Assembly: GCA_004431415.1 (NCBI GenBank)
Contig: QPMI01000271.1
Location: 1 to 64,000 of the forward strand
Direction of reading: 5' to 3'
Source: Cyanophora paradoxa CCMP329
Taxonomy: Eukaryota > Plantae > Glaucophyta
DNA: 64,000 nucleotides
Of the stretch, positions 25,338 through 37,867 are shown one piece after another. Positions within the stretch are counted from its first letter, which is position 1. Every line of letters begins with the position of its first letter. The notes under the pieces were generated by a model. It saw only the letters and a program-made list of their open reading frames with translations, did not search any database and was not told the origin of the DNA. The translations under genes were made by a program, and so were the position numbers.

Positions 25338-27234
25338 TCAGCGGGACGGGGCGGGGCGGGGGGCGGCGAGACCGCCGGGGCCGCGCCAGGCGCTGTCGAA
25401 GACGAGCAGCGCGTCGCGCACGCCGCGCACGTTGTGCACGCGCAGCACGTCCGCCCCGCCTGCCGCCCCGCCCCGCTCGAGCCCCGCCCCGCGCCCCCGG
25501 CCGGCGCGGCGCGGCGCACCGGCGACGGCCGCGCAGGCCGCCCCCGCCGTCGCCCAATCGCGCTCCTGCGCGACGGCGTCGGAGGGGGGCGGGGAGGGCG
25601 GGCAGCGGGGGCGCACGCGGGAGCTGGCGGCCGGTGAGGGCGGCAAGGAAGGCCTTGCGGGAGGGCCCGACGAGGAGGGGGAAGCCGGGCCGGCGGCGGC
25701 GCGCAGGCGCGGCAGCTCGCGCAGGAGGGCCCCGCTGTGCGCGCCCGTCTTCGCGAAGCCGAGGCCCGGGTCGAGGAGGAGGGCCCAGCGCGGCACGCCG
25801 GCCTCCTGCGCCCGCTCCGCCGCCGCCCGCAGCGCCGCGCCCACCTCCGCCGCCACGTCCCCGTACTCCGCCAGCCCCTGCATCGTCTCCGGCGTGCCCC
25901 TGCGCCCCGTCGCCCCCGCCCCGCGCGCGGGCAGACGAGGGGGGCGGGGCACCGCATGTGCATGAGGCAGAGAGGAGCGGCGTGGGCGGCGGCGGCGGCG
26001 AGGAGGTCGGGGTCCGCCTCCCCGCCCGAGACGTCGTTCACCATGTCCGCCCCCGCCGCCAGCGCCGCCCGCGCCACCGCCCCGCTCCGCGTGTCCACGC
26101 TGATGCACGCCTCGCTCGCCCCCCGCAGCCGCTCGATCACCGGCACCACGCGTTCGATCTGCTGCGCCGCCGGCACGGCCGCCGCGCCGGGCCGCGTCGA
26201 CTCGCCCCCGACGTCGATGATCTCGGCGCCCTCCTCGAGCATCCGCAGGCCCGCCTCCGCCGCCTGCCGCCCCGGCTCGCGCGCGCGGGGGCGGGGCCGG
26301 GGGGCGGGCCGGGGCGCGTGCGAGCTGCGCGGTGGAGTGGCGGCCGCCGTCGGAGAAGCTGTCGGGGGTCGCGTTGAGGATGCCCATCACCACGCTCCGG
26401 TCGCCCCAGCGCCACAGCGCATCCCGCTCCCGCCCGGGCGCCCCCCGCCGACGGGGCGTCACGCGGTGCATCCCCTCCGTGCTCCCGCCGTGGATCTCTT
26501 GCGCCTTCCCCGCCGAGATGAGCTCGTGCAGCATCTCGCCGACGCTCTTGCCGAGGGCCTGGGCTGGCGCGCGTGGGCGGCGGCGGGGGCGGCGGGGCGC
26601 GGGGGCGGGGGGCGGGGCGCACGCCGTGCACGAAGTCGGGGATCATGTCGGCGACGGGCTGGAGGACGAAGTCGCGCTCGGCGAGGCGCGGGTGGGGCAC
26701 CGCCAGGCGCTCGTGCCGCACGACCTCCGCCCCGTAGAAGACGATATCCAGGTCGATCACCCGCGGCCCGTTCCGCGTGGTCGGCCTCCGCCCCAGCTCC
26801 CGCTCCACCCGCTTTAGCTCGTCCAACAGCTCCAGCGGGCCCAGCTCCGTCTCCACCAGGCACGCAGCGTTCAGGAACGGCGGCTGGTCCATGTAGTACG
26901 CCGGCGGGTTGTCGTACAGGAATGAGGTGCGCTTCACACGTGCGAAGCGCGAGACCGCCTCCAGCGCATTTTGAATGTTCTGCACACGGTCGCCCAGGTT
27001 CGTGCCAAGCCCCAGCACGATCGGCTGCTGCGAGGGTGCGCCATGCGCTGAGGTCGTAGCTAGCGAGCGCCGCGCCCCGTGAGACAGCGGCAGCGCGCTG
27101 GTATTCCTAGCGCTTTCGCGCGCGTCGCCGACGATCGCTCCCGCGTGTGCGGTCGGCGCCGCGAGATCGGAAATCGCCTGAGGCGATCTGCAGTGCCTGA
27201 TGGCGCGCTGACTAATTGCGGATCTTAGGACCAT
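25338..27234 (-). CDS. Bifunctional HPPK-DHPS (folate biosynthesis) with N-terminal targeting extension
   Basis: HPPK: LGLGTNLGDR, QPPFLNAA, GPRVIDLDI, PHPRLAERDFVLQP. DHPS: VMGILNATPDSFSDGG, IIDVGGESTRPG, SVDTR, VNDVSGG, LMHMRG, DPGLGFAKT, GPSRK, VLRVHNV. Confidence 0.95.
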
Positions 27235-27406
27235 TGCTTTGTTAGCTGCGGGCGAGCTCGAATGTAGCACCTGAATACGAACCGACAGCAGCGGGGGGTA
27301 GGGACACTTCTCTTCTTGTTGCGAAGGGGCTGAGGTCGCCTTCGGAGGCCAGCCCGAGCACAAGCGCAGCATCTGGTCGGACGCAAGCACAAGCGCGAGG
27401 ATCGCG

Positions 27407-28684
27407 ATGAGCGCGGTCGGACCGCCGCAGCAGCAGCATCAGTCGAATGCGCCCGCCCCGCAGCCCGCTCTCGAGAACCCGCGCGAGAAGGTGCGAACCC
27501 GGCGCTGCCTATTCAGCAACTCGCGCAAGCCTACGGTATGCATATGCCCCCATTCGCAGGTCTTCTTCGATGTGGTGAGGTTCCAGTGCTGGCCGCCGCG
27601 CCGCTGTTTATATAAGCGCCCGCGTAGACGATCAATAAGGAGATGGTAGGCCGCATCGTTTTCGAGCTCTTCAGCGACGTCGTCCCCCGCACGGCAGAGA
27701 ATTTCAGATGTGCGTAACCTCACTTCACTCAAGCGCGCGCTGACGTTCAGTGCTGAAGCGTGTTCGCGCTGATCGCCGCGCAGGCCTCTGCACCGGCGAG
27801 AAAGGCTATGGCTATGCGGGCAGCCCCCTTCACAGGATCATTCCAGACTTCAGTGCGTGCTGGTTGTGGTGGCGGTCATCGCCATTCTTAATAACTTCCG
27901 TCGCCTGCCGCAAAATCAGTGATTCAGGGCGGGTTCGCTGAACCCCGCCCCCTTCCCCTTCCCCCCCCCTCCCCCCCCCTCCCCCCTCCCCCCCTCTGAA
28001 CCCATGCACGTGCTCCTGCCGGCAGCGACTTCACGGCAGGCGACGGGTGACGCCTCGGTCTGCATTCGGGGCTCAACGTTAGCTAACGTTGTTGCGCAGT
28101 ACGGGCGGGAGGTCGATTTATGGGCCGCGGTTCGCTGCATCCGTCCCGAAGCGGTCCCCGCTGAAGCGTGCGCAGATTCGAGGACGAGAACTTTGAGCTG
28201 GTTCACGACCGGCCCTTCCTCCTCAGCATGGCCAACTCCGGCCGGAAGTAAGGCGTACCCCGCTCTGCACGTGGCCCGCCTAACGGCGTGTTGCGGCTGC
28301 AGCACCAACGGGAGCCAGGCTCGCCCCCGCGCGCCAGCTTGAGCCGGCGCGGGCTGGAGCTGATGGCAAGCGCAGTTCTTCATCACGTGCCAAGTGACGA
28401 ACTGGCTCGACAAGAAGCACGTCGTCTTCGGGCGGGTCATCCGCGGGCAGGACGTCGTCCGCGTGCGCGCCCCGCCCCTTCCCGCGCTGCACCCGTCCCC
28501 CGCCCACACTCTCCACCCCCGCCCCTGCCTGACCGCGCTCCGGCCGCCAGCTCATCGAGAAGGAGGGAACGCCGTCGGGTGCGCTCTGCCGCTGGCCCGC
28601 GCGGGGCGCTGGGGCCGAGGGGGAGGGTGCGCGGCAGGGAAGACGAAGCGGAAGGTGGACGTCGCCTACTCGGGCCAGCTGTGA
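27407..28684 (+). CDS. Cyclophilin-type peptidyl-prolyl isomerase, split into many tiny exons
   Basis: Reassembled: [112 protein letters not shown]. Confidence 0.95.
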
Positions 28685-29802
28685 CGCCCCCGCCACAGGG
28701 TCCGCCTCTGGCGGCCCCCGCAGGCCCTCCGACTCCCGCCCACCGGCCACCTCCCCCGCGGGCCTCCTCGCCCGCGTGACCCCCACTTCCCGACTCCTTA
28801 CTTCAAGCCGGTGGCAGCCACTGGCCGCCGCGGCGTGCGCCGGCAGTTCCCCTCCTGCACCCCGCCCTCTCTGGCGGGCCGACCACGGCCCTACCAGCTC
28901 GGCAGCTCATCTTGCAACAATTGGGCCACTGCGGCCACCGATGCAGCCGCTGCAGCCCGCAGCTTGCCCTGGCAATTCATCCTGGAGTCCTAGTAGTATC
29001 AGGGCCGCGGGCCCGTTGACGTTTACACCATGTGCCGCAGTGCAGGGCCCGAGGGGCTACGGTACGAGGCACCTCAACTTGGCAAACAGTAATTGCAGTT
29101 GTCACCGTGGCACAGTCCCCTAATACTATGATAGGCTGCCAAACAATCCTAAGCCTAGGGCAGTTGAGGCGGCAACATGTCCTAAATATCCGGTGCAGTT
29201 GTGTCCAAATTTAAACAATCGATATCGTGTGTGCAAGCGCAGGCCGTCGCGATCGACCAGCAGTCGAAGTCTAGTCCGTGGTCACAGGGTTCGAACGAGT
29301 ATGTGCAGTGCAAGCCGTCATCTAGTCTAATTGCGTTTGTCACAGTGTAGAGTCGCGTGCCCAAGTCCCAGTCTAGTCCACGTGGCTCGCTGCAGTGCGA
29401 GGTCGACGGCAGGTGCGCGAAGCGCGTTCAATAGATAATCCTACGTCAGCTGAGAGTCGTCTGGTAATTGTGGGTGATCGTGTGTGCCCGAGGGGGCGGT
29501 AAGTCGTCGTCAACGAAGTCAGTGTTGCCGCGCGTGTGCGCGTGCGTGGTAGAATGTTCCAGTCCGAAAAAAAGGAGGCTTCTCGCCCTGGGCGCGAGGG
29601 GAGCCGGAGCAGGGCCGGCTGGTGCCGGTGGAGGGGGCTCGGGCTGGCCGCGCCGGAGGGGGAGGGCGCTGCCGGACAAGTGAAGAGCAGGGTCCCGAGG
29701 GGGGCGGCAAGGGTGGCGGCAGGGCAGCAGGGGGCACAGTGGGGGGTGCGGAAGCGGGAGGCCGGGAGGGCGGGGCGGGGGGCGGGGGGAAGGGGCGCCG
29801 GG

Positions 29803-32800
29803 CTATGCCATGTCGGCGTCGTTGTCCTTGGACAGGGGGTTGTAGGGCCCGATGAGGCCGGGGACGGCCTGCTGGCGCTGCTCCTCGGCCTTGCGCTGCT
29901 GCTCCAGCGTCGCCTGCTTCTCCTCGTCGAAGAGCTCCGAGCTGTCCCGCCCCGCGAACTCCTGCGCCCCGCCTCAGGCCCGCCCCCCGGGGCCGGCGGC
30001 GAGGCGGCGGGGACCTTCATCTGGACGAGGAAGTCGCGGAGGTGGGCCTTGAACGCCGGCAGGTCCTTGTTCAGGTCGAAGAGGCCCGTCACGAAGCCCT
30101 GCACCTGGGCCCTGCACCCCCCTCGGCCCCCGCCCGGGCCCCGCGGCGGGCGCGGCGGGGCGCGGCGGGGCGCACGGGGAGAGGTTGGGGAAGGCGCCGG
30201 CGAGGAGGCGCATGACGTATTGGCGGAGGAACTGGGCGTTGTTCTGCGCGCCGCGTCAGGCCCGCGGCGGGGCGCCGGCCCGGGGCGCGCACGGCGAAGG
30301 TGGTGCCGGGGTGGGCGGCCGGGTCCCAGAGGGGGGCGGTGACCTGCCAGAGGGGCGGGGCCACCTGGGGTGAGTGAGGGGCGGGGCGGGGCGGGGCGGC
30401 GGGCGGGGCGGCGGGCGGGCCGGGGCGGGGCGGGGCGGGCCTGGCCGGTCTCGACGAGGTTGAAGAGGTGCATGAGGAGCATGGCCTGGAGCTTGAAGCC
30501 GGGCATGTGGAAGGTGTCCGTGAGGACGTAGAAGATGTCCTGCAGGATGGAGATGAAGTAGGTCTGGTAGAAGAGGTTGGCGACGTCCGACGTCTGCACG
30601 TTCTTGAGCAGCTCGAAGAGGATGTTGAGGCCCGTCTCGGCGATGTTCCGCTCCGTGTGCTTGAACGCCCACACGATCGAGTCGATCACCAGCTTGAACT
30701 GCTGCGCCGGGATCGTGAAGAACGCTGCGCCCGCCTCAGCGCGGCGGGGGGCGGCGCAGCGCGGGGGGGGGGGGGGGGGGGGGGGGGGGCGGGCGGGCGG
30801 GCCCTGGAAGCAGTGGGAGTTGACGGCGCGGAGGAGGTTGAAGAAGGTGGCGCGGTGCTCGGGGTAGTCCTCGAAGTTCTTCGTGATCATCGCGAGCGTG
30901 CACTCGAAGACGGCCTCGAAGATGCGCGGCACCTCCGCCGTCATCGCCTGCTGCAGCTTGTTCACGATGACCGCGAAGAGGGAGAGGACCTGGGGGCGAG
31001 GTCAGGGGGCGGGGCGGGGCGGGGGCGGGGCGGGGCGGGGCGGGGCGCGCCTCGGGGTCGCGGGCGTCGGGGAGGGCGCGGTTGTAGTCGCCGAGGACGG
31101 GGTCGAGGAGGGGGGGGATGAAGTTGGCGAGCACGAGCTCCCGGAAGCGCATCCGCTGCTGGTTGTTCTGGAACGAGGCCGGGTTCTCCGTCGGCTCGGG
31201 CATGGAGACGCTCGGGACGTCCTCGGAGCGCTCGATGAACGTCTCGATGAGCCGCAGCGTCTCCTTCTTCACCGCCCGCATCGACCGCACCACCGACGTC
31301 TTCACCACGTTGGGCCCTGCGCCCCGCTCCCTCACCGGCCCCCGGGGCCGCGAGGGGCGGGGGGGCGGGGCGGGGCGGACCCTGCGCGGAGATGGCCTGG
31401 GTGATCATCTCGGAGTAGGCCTTGTAGACGTTGAGCATGTCGAGGTAGATGCGGCCCAGCTGCGACACGTACGGGTGGCCCAGGCTGACCCCGCCCGTCA
31501 GCCCCGCCACGCCCCCCGCGCCCGAGCGGGGGCACCTGTAGGCGACGCGGACGTTGGTCTTGAGGATGTTGACGCAGTTCTTCATCGTGTCCGTGTTCTT
31601 CAGCGACTCGCCGGCCGTTTGCGCCGCCTGGCCCATCATTTCTTGCCACTGCCGAGGTCTCAGAGAGGGCCGCCGGCGGGGGCGCGGCGGAGGCGCACCG
31701 ACTGGTTGGGGAGCTCCATAAGCTTGGCGGTGAGGGCGTCGCGGATCTGGGGGTCGTTCTGGCTGCTGATCATGTAGCCGACGGCCTCGTAGAAGGTGTG
31801 GATCTGGGAGGGCTCGAGGTCCGAGATGATCTGGGGCAGGTTCATGAGCAGCTCGTCGATGAACGGCATCGCCTGCGCGCCCCGCGAGGTGGGCCCCCGT
31901 CAGCCCCGCCCCGCCCCCCGCCCCCGCCCCCCGCAGCGCCGGCCCCGCACCTCGCCCATCTGCAGCTGCACGAACTTGCGCCTGCACTTCTGCGCGATCT
32001 TGAGGAACGTGTCGCACGCCTGCACGCCGGCCCCGTCAGCGCCCGCTCCGTCCGCCGCGCCCCAGCTCGAAACGAGGAGAGAAGGGAGGATGTGCGGCCC
32101 ATGAAACTTAGATCGGTCGCAGATGCAAAAGCCTCCGCCGATGGCCATAGGGACACTGGGGTGCGCTATCGCATTCGCTTTTAACGGGCCTGGCTAGGAG
32201 GCAGCCGACACGTAGGTAATGGAATGCGCGGAGCAAAAGAGTGAAGGACCGGAAACAGATAAAAACAAGAAAACTCGCTGGAAAAGAGCGGGATGAATGT
32301 GCGGCCCATGAAACTTAGATCGGTCGCAGATGCAAAAGCCTCCGCCGATGGCCATAGGGACGCTGGGGTGCGCTATCGCATTCGCCTTTAACGGGCCTGG
32401 CTAGGAGGGAGCCGGCACGTAGGTAATGGAATGCGCGGAGCAAAAGAGTGAAGGACCGGAAACAGATAAAAACAAGAAAACTCGCTGGAAAAGAGCGGGA
32501 TGAATGTGCGGCCCATGAAACTTAGATCGGTCGCAGATGCAAAAGCCTCCGCCGATGGCCATAGGGACGCTGGGGTGCGCTATCGCATTCGCTTTTAACG
32601 GGCCTGGCTAGGAGGGAGCCGGCACGTAGGTAATGGAATGCTGGGGAACGTGGCGGGGCGGGGCGGCGTGCGGGGCAGGGCGGACCATGTCCTGGACGCC
32701 GGGGTGCGTCTCGTGCATGAACTCGAAGAGCTTGTTCACCACGGTCTGCGACGCCCCGCGTGGGCCCGCGCCGCCCGGGGCCGACGTCGGGCGCGCACCT

Positions 32801-32904
32801 TGAGGAACTTCCAGTGGGCGCGCAGGAAGCGGGGGTACTGCCCGACCACGTACATGATGTTCGAGGCGATGACCGCCTTGTTGTCCTGCGCCCCCGCGTC
32901 GGCC

Positions 32905-32935
<31 letters not shown>

Positions 32936-35207
32936 TGCGGAGAGGAGAGGGGGCACCTTGCCGCGCTTCATCTCGCAGAGCCCGAGCAGGTCCTTGATGA
33001 CCGTCACGAGGAAGCGCTTCTCGTCCTCCTCGGCTGCAGGGCAGCGTGGGCAGGGGACGGCGGGGAGGGGCGGGGGTCGCGGGGGCGCACTCATGGCGCC
33101 GGAGATGGAGCCGATGGCCCAGCAGAGGGTGTTGAGGTTGTGCCAGGACCACTCGGAGCCGTCCACCTGCAGCTGCAGCTTCTCCAGCATCAGCGTCTCC
33201 GTGTCCTCGTAGTCCAGGTGCGTCAGGAAGATCAGCGTCTCCCGCATGCTCTTGTACAGCGTGATCGCATCGCTGTCCTTCATCACCTCCCGCACGATCT
33301 CCCCGTTCTCGTCTTCCACAATCAGCACCTGCGCCCCGTCACGCCCGCCCGCCGCCGGCCCCGCCGCAACCCGCCCGCCCCGCGCACCTCCTCGGGCTTG
33401 GCCATGCGGGAGATCATGACGAGGCGCACGCGGGAGAGGATCGGCGCGTAGAGCGCCCGCCTCGGCGAGGTCCCGTTCGATTGCATCGACCCGAGCATGA
33501 GCGTCGGCGTCGGAGGCTGGTACTGGCACTCGCTGTGGTACAGGTCCGACGCCTGCGCGCGGGGTCAGCGGACGGCAAGCCGAAGCGCGAGGGGCGGCAA
33601 GCCGAAGCGCGAGGGCCGGCGCGCCAGGTGGTTCCAGTACTCGAGGCAGATCTTGAAGATCTCGACTTCCTCCACCTGCGCCACCGCGTCGGCGCCCGCC
33701 GTCGCCGTGCCCCAAAGGATGCCGCCCCGCGTACCTGGCTGATGTTCACGAGGTACGAGAGGCCGTCGCACAGCACCGGGTGGTACTCCGGCGCCTCGAG
33801 CACAGTGAGGTGCGCTTTAAAGAACCCCGTGAAGAACATGGCCAAGTCCTCGATGAAGACCTGCAAAAGACCTAAGAAAGGAGCTCCCTCTAGAGCCGGC
33901 CGCGTTCAAGCACCTGCTGATCCTCCGTCCCGTTTTCGAACGCCTCCGGGATGTCTGCGAGGCGAGACGTGAGGCGAACGGTCAGAGTGGCTGCTCCAGC
34001 GCACGCACTGATATTCTGAGGAATGATCTCGGAGAGCTTCTTCATGAAGAAGCAGTAGAGCTTCGCGAAGTGGGGGTCGTAGGGCGTGCCGATGTTCAGC
34101 GCGCCGATCTCCGCCAGGCACTTCAGCGCGTCGTTACGGAACGCCGGCTCGGGCAGGAACTGCGCAGGACAGCACTAAGCACAGGCGCCAAGATGACCGG
34201 CAAGAAGAAGACGGGCAGAAAAGCAAAAGAGGGCGCTGACCTTGTTAATTAGCATGTCAATCATCTGAGTCTCGAAAATGTATCCAAGCGGAATCCAGTT
34301 CAAGAACCGCAGCAGCGTCTTGAGCGTGACTGAGATGAGAGACGGCCGCGTGGATGCTGTCAGAATGAACTCGCAGAGCTGGTAGATCGCCGAGAACTCG
34401 TTATTGAAGTTCGTCTTCAGCTCTTTAATCTTCGCCTGTGTCATCTGCCCGCTGGAGAAGTCGAAGACTTCCTCGCTGCGCTTGACGTGAGCGGGTAGAA
34501 CCTGCAAGCTGCGCCGAAGCGGCAAACCGCACCTGAGAAGCTTGAGGATGTTCATGTTGTTTTCGCAAAGAACCTCGCTCGTTTTGCTGGAGCCTACGAT
34601 GTCCGGGATGAATGTTGGCCAGTTGTGCGGCCATTCCTGCTTCAGGACCTGCGTGGCGTGTGCGGAATCGCAACTCGATTAGCAACGAAGTCTCCCGACG
34701 ATGGGCGATCGCTGCAGGACACGCGGCGCACGCGCCCGCACGCGCTATGTCCTCATTCACCTGGACGAGGATGAGGTTGAGCTTGTTCAGGAACATGCGC
34801 TCCCGCAGCAGCGAGGCATCATCGCGCGAAAGCTTGATGATAAGGTTCACAATGTAGTTCTTGATTCCATCGCGCTGCTCGGGAGGCAGAATCTTCCACT
34901 TGTACTTGATGACCTGTTCCAGCACTTGCAAACCGTAGAACTTCGTCGCGCTGTTCTGCGAGAACTCCAGAATAGAATCCACCCTCGTCCACGCATCCGC
35001 GTGCTCTTTGAATTGGGTGAGGACCTGGTTGGCTTGCGCTCGCTGCAAGCGTGGTTAGTTTCCCTCCCGCCGCGCCGAGCGGGGCACGCGGGTGACCATG
35101 CGCACCTCTGCCTCAGAGGCGCCCCTATAGAATGCATCGACGATCCTGTCCAGCAAATTTACATCGAAAGGCCGGCCGGGCGTGAAACTGTCTAAGAGAG
35201 CCTCCAT
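29803..35207 (-). CDS. XPO1: Exportin-1 / CRM1, multi-exon
   Basis: [155 protein letters not shown]. Confidence 0.98.
32088..32227 (-). ncRNA. Putative intronic box H/ACA snoRNA, copy 3 of 3
   Basis: Near-identical to copy 1. The differences are two C-G to U-G stem wobbles and one apical-loop change. Similarity to the other copies ends just past the ACA box. Confidence 0.72.
32295..32434 (-). ncRNA. Putative intronic box H/ACA snoRNA, copy 2 of 3
   Basis: Near-identical to copy 1, offset by 207 nt. Its single change (pocket TAAAA to TAAAG) keeps G-U pairing to the predicted target. Confidence 0.72.
32502..32641 (-). ncRNA. Putative intronic box H/ACA snoRNA, copy 1 of 3
   Basis: 140 nt inside XPO1 intron 32020-32685, same strand. 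The 5' hairpin GCATTC/GAATGC encloses a pocket CATTACCT/TAAAAGC. An H-like box ATAGCG lies 14 nt from the top of the pocket. A second hairpin GCGTCCCTATG/CATGGGCCGC is followed directly by ACA + 3 nt. Confidence 0.75.
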
Positions 35208-35320
35208 CGCAGCGCCGCGGCCGTCGCTGTTGAAAAGCTACAGCCGTAGGGCGCGCTCTGACTGATGGCCGCACTCCGAACGCGGCGCTCAAGCGCTCGG
35301 CCAGACGGGTACGCTTGCAC

Positions 35321-37591
35321 ATGTCGTTCTCGGCCGTGGCGGCGAGCCCGGCCCGCTCGGCAGCCGCCCCCCTGCGATTGAGTTTCCGCTTATGCAGAGC
35401 AGCGATTCCGACCGGGCTTCCGAGCCCCAACGCTTCGAATTCCAAGACGAGTCCCGCAGGGCGAGTCGCACGTGGGGTCTCGTCGAGGTTCTTGGGCTCC
35501 GCCGTGCGTTTCATCCAGCGGTGCCCCTCGAGCTTGGCGTCCTGTTCCGCCGGGTTGGAAGCGGCGCTCGACACCGGCGGCGCGCGCCGGAAGGCGGCCG
35601 GCGCCACGTTCGGCTGCAAAGAGTGCGGCGACACATTCTCACAGTGGCTGGGGAAATGCAGCTCGTGCGGTGCTTGGAACAGCCTCGTTGAGGTGAAAGC
35701 GCCGTCGACGCGTTCGAGGCCCGGTGCCGCCGCAGGAGGCGCTTCTTCGCGCCAGGGCTGGGGAGGCGACGCCTTTGGGAGCGGCGGGCAGGCGACGAAG
35801 CTCCGGGAGGTTAAGCAGCTCACGTTCGACCGCATCGAGGTGCCAAGCGCGGAGATCAACAGAGTGCTCGGCGGGGGCATTGTGCCCGGCAGCCTCGTGC
35901 TCGTCGGGGGCGACCCCGGGATCGGGAAGGTGCGCGGGGCGCGCGGGACGTGCCGGCGGTGGCGGCCGCTGATGACGATGCGGGGGCCAGTCGACGGTGC
36001 TGCTGCAGGTGGCGGGGGCGGTGGCGGAGCGGGGCGGGGGCCCCGTGCTATACGTCTCGGGCGAGGAGAGCGCGCAGCAGGTCGCCCTCCGCGCCGCCCG
36101 CCTCGGCATCGACTGCGAGGAGGTGCGCCGCGCCCCGGGCCGGCGCCTCGCGATCGCCAGGCGAGTGCGCCGAGGGGGCGGCAGCTGTACCTGCTGAGCG
36201 AGACGAGCGTGGAGGCGGTGGAGGAGCAGATCCGGGCCCTGCGCCCCGTCATCGCCATCGTCGACTCCATCCAGGTCGTCTACACCGAGGCCCACGCCGC
36301 CTCCGCCGGCTCCCTGCCCCAGGCGCCCCTGCACCGCCCCCGCCCCCGCCCCGGCGCCAGCGGCAGAGCCCGTGCCGGCAGGTGCGCGAGTGCGCGGCGC
36401 GGCTGCTGCGGCTGGCCAAGACGGAGGGCATCCCGATCTTCATCGTCGGGCACGTCAACAAGGCGGTGCGGGGCCGGCGGGCGGGGCGGGGCGGGGCGGG
36501 GGGCTGAGGGCGGGGGCAGGGGGAGGTGGCGGGCCCGCGGGTGCTGGAGCACATCGTGGACTGCGTGGTGTACGTGGAGGGGGAGCGCTACAGCACGCTG
36601 CGCCTCATGCGCGCCGTCAAGAACCGCTTCGGCTCCACCGACGAGGTCCCCCCGCGCCCCGCCCGCCCCGGCCCGGCCCGCCCCGGCCCGGCCCAGGGCA
36701 AAGGGGGAGGGGCGGCAGGTTGCGGTGCTGGAGATGGGGGAGGGGGGCCTGCGGGACGTGGCGAACCCGTCGGCGCTCTTCCTCTCGGAGGGGCGGGCGC
36801 CGGCGGGGTCGGCGGTGCACGTCGCCGTGGAGGGCTCGCGCTGCCTCCTCGTGGAGGTGCAGGCCCTCTGCACGCCGACCTTCGGCGAGGCCGCCGCGCC
36901 CCGCCGCAACTGCAACGGCGTCGACGTCACCCGCCTCTACCACCTCCTCGCCGTCCTCTCCAAGCGCGCGCGCCTCAGCCTGTACCGCCAGGACGTCTTC
37001 GTCAACGTCACCGGCGGCCTCCGCCTCCACGAGCCGGCCTCCGACCTCGCCGTCGTCGCAGGTCCCGCCTTCCTGCCAGCCCCCGCCCTCTTTCCACCCG
37101 AACCCGATCGCCCATTCGAGCAGCCCTGGTCGGCTCCTTGCGCGATGCTTCCTTTCCTCCCGGCACCTGCTTCCTGGGAGAGGCACGGGGCAACCCCACC
37201 CGGCCCCCCCCGGCGCCGATCGAGATCGAGGGGGCGCAGGTGGGCCTCGGGGGCGAGCTTCGGCCCGTCGCGCAGCTGGAGCGCCGCATCAGCGAGGCCG
37301 CCAAGGTGCGGCGGCGCTGTCCGCCGCGGCCGGCCCCGCCGCCCGCCCCCAACGCCCCCCGCTCCCTCAGCTCGGCTTCCGCCGCTGCATCGTGCCCCGC
37401 GCCGGCCACCCCGTGCGCCCCGCTGCCGCCCCCGCCCGCCCAGCGCGCCCCGCAGCGACGGGGCGGGGCGGGGGCATGCGCAGGGGCCGGGGCGGGTGGC
37501 GAAGCGGGGCTCGGGGGGCGCGATGGAGGTGGTCCCGTGCGCGACCATCCTCGAGGCCGTCGACGCCGCCCTCCCCCCCGATCCTCCGTAG
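35321..37591 (+). CDS. radA: RadA/Sms DNA repair and branch-migration protein with organellar (probably plastid) transit peptide
   Basis: N-terminus [13 protein letters not shown]...; C4 finger CKECG...[13 protein letters not shown]; Walker [11 protein letters not shown]; [10 protein letters not shown]; IVDSIQ; GHVNK; [11 protein letters not shown]; KNRFG; Lon-like C-terminus [28 protein letters not shown]. Confidence 0.96.
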   Translation: MSFSAVAASPARSAAAPLRLSFRLCRAAIPTGLPSPNASNSKTSPAGRVARGVSSRFLGSAVRFIQRCPSSLASCSAGLEAALDTGGARRKAAGATFGCKECGDTFSQWLGKCSSCGAWNSLVEVKAPSTRSRPGAAAGGASSRQGWGGDAFGSGGQATKLREVKQLTFDRIEVPSAEINRVLGGGIVPGSLVLVGGDPGIGKVRGARGTCRRWRPLMTMRGPVDGAAAGGGGGGGAGRGPRAIRLGRGERAAGRPPRRPPRHRLRGGAPRPGPAPRDRQASAPRGRQLYLLSETSVEAVEEQIRALRPVIAIVDSIQVVYTEAHAASAGSLPQAPLHRPRPRPGASGRARAGRCASARRGCCGWPRRRASRSSSSGTSTRRCGAGGRGGAGRGAEGGGRGRWRARGCWSTSWTAWCTWRGSATARCASCAPSRTASAPPTRSPRAPPAPARPAPARPRAKGEGRQVAVLEMGEGGLRDVANPSALFLSEGRAPAGSAVHVAVEGSRCLLVEVQALCTPTFGEAAAPRRNCNGVDVTRLYHLLAVLSKRARLSLYRQDVFVNVTGGLRLHEPASDLAVVAGPAFLPAPALFPPEPDRPFEQPWSAPCAMLPFLPAPASWERHGATPPGPPRRRSRSRGRRWASGASFGPSRSWSAASARPPRCGGAVRRGRPRRPPPTPPAPSARLPPLHRAPRRPPRAPRCRPRPPSAPRSDGAGRGHAQGPGRVAKRGSGGAMEVVPCATILEAVDAALPPDPP

Positions 37592-37867
37592 CGTCCATCT
37601 CGATTGTGGGATCCGTCGATGTCGTAATTGTAAGCCAAATGAGTGCACGTCGGAATTCGAAGCCATTGCCACGAATTCGAAGACGAGCTTCTTCCCCCCT
37701 GCCTTGCTTGCAAGCCGAGTCCTCAGCTCGTAGCTCGGTTTGCCCGCAGCGCTAGCTAGAGCGCTGCCAAGCATTGCGCTTAAGCTTGGCAGCCTGATCG
37801 CAGTCTGAGTCGGTAGACGTCGACCGCGCGCGATGCCTGATCGCAGCCTCGTCCTGTAACGTCCGCG

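Larger units (their letters stand above)
32090..32641. repeat. Tandem repeat, 207-bp period, about 2.7 units, in an XPO1 intron
   Basis: ATGTGCGGCCCATGAAACTTAGATCGG starts at 32090, 32297 and 32504. Confidence 0.97.

Noticed and set aside
28790-29560. Lower-GC spacer between cyclophilin and XPO1 with repeated GCAGTTG/CAACT words
   Set aside because: I could not define a TIR pair, TSD or coherent ORF; probably UTRs plus decayed repeat.
32090-32641. 207-bp repeat as a CRISPR array, satellite or duplicated exon
   Set aside because: There are no unique spacers or cas genes. The XPO1 frame joins cleanly across it (QDM|ACDTF), and an H/ACA RNA explains the unit boundaries better.
35321-37591. radA, era, hemB and HPPK-DHPS as bacterial contamination or recent horizontal transfer
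   Set aside because: All have host-style spliceosomal introns, targeting extensions and host codon usage, as expected for long-established organelle-targeted genes.
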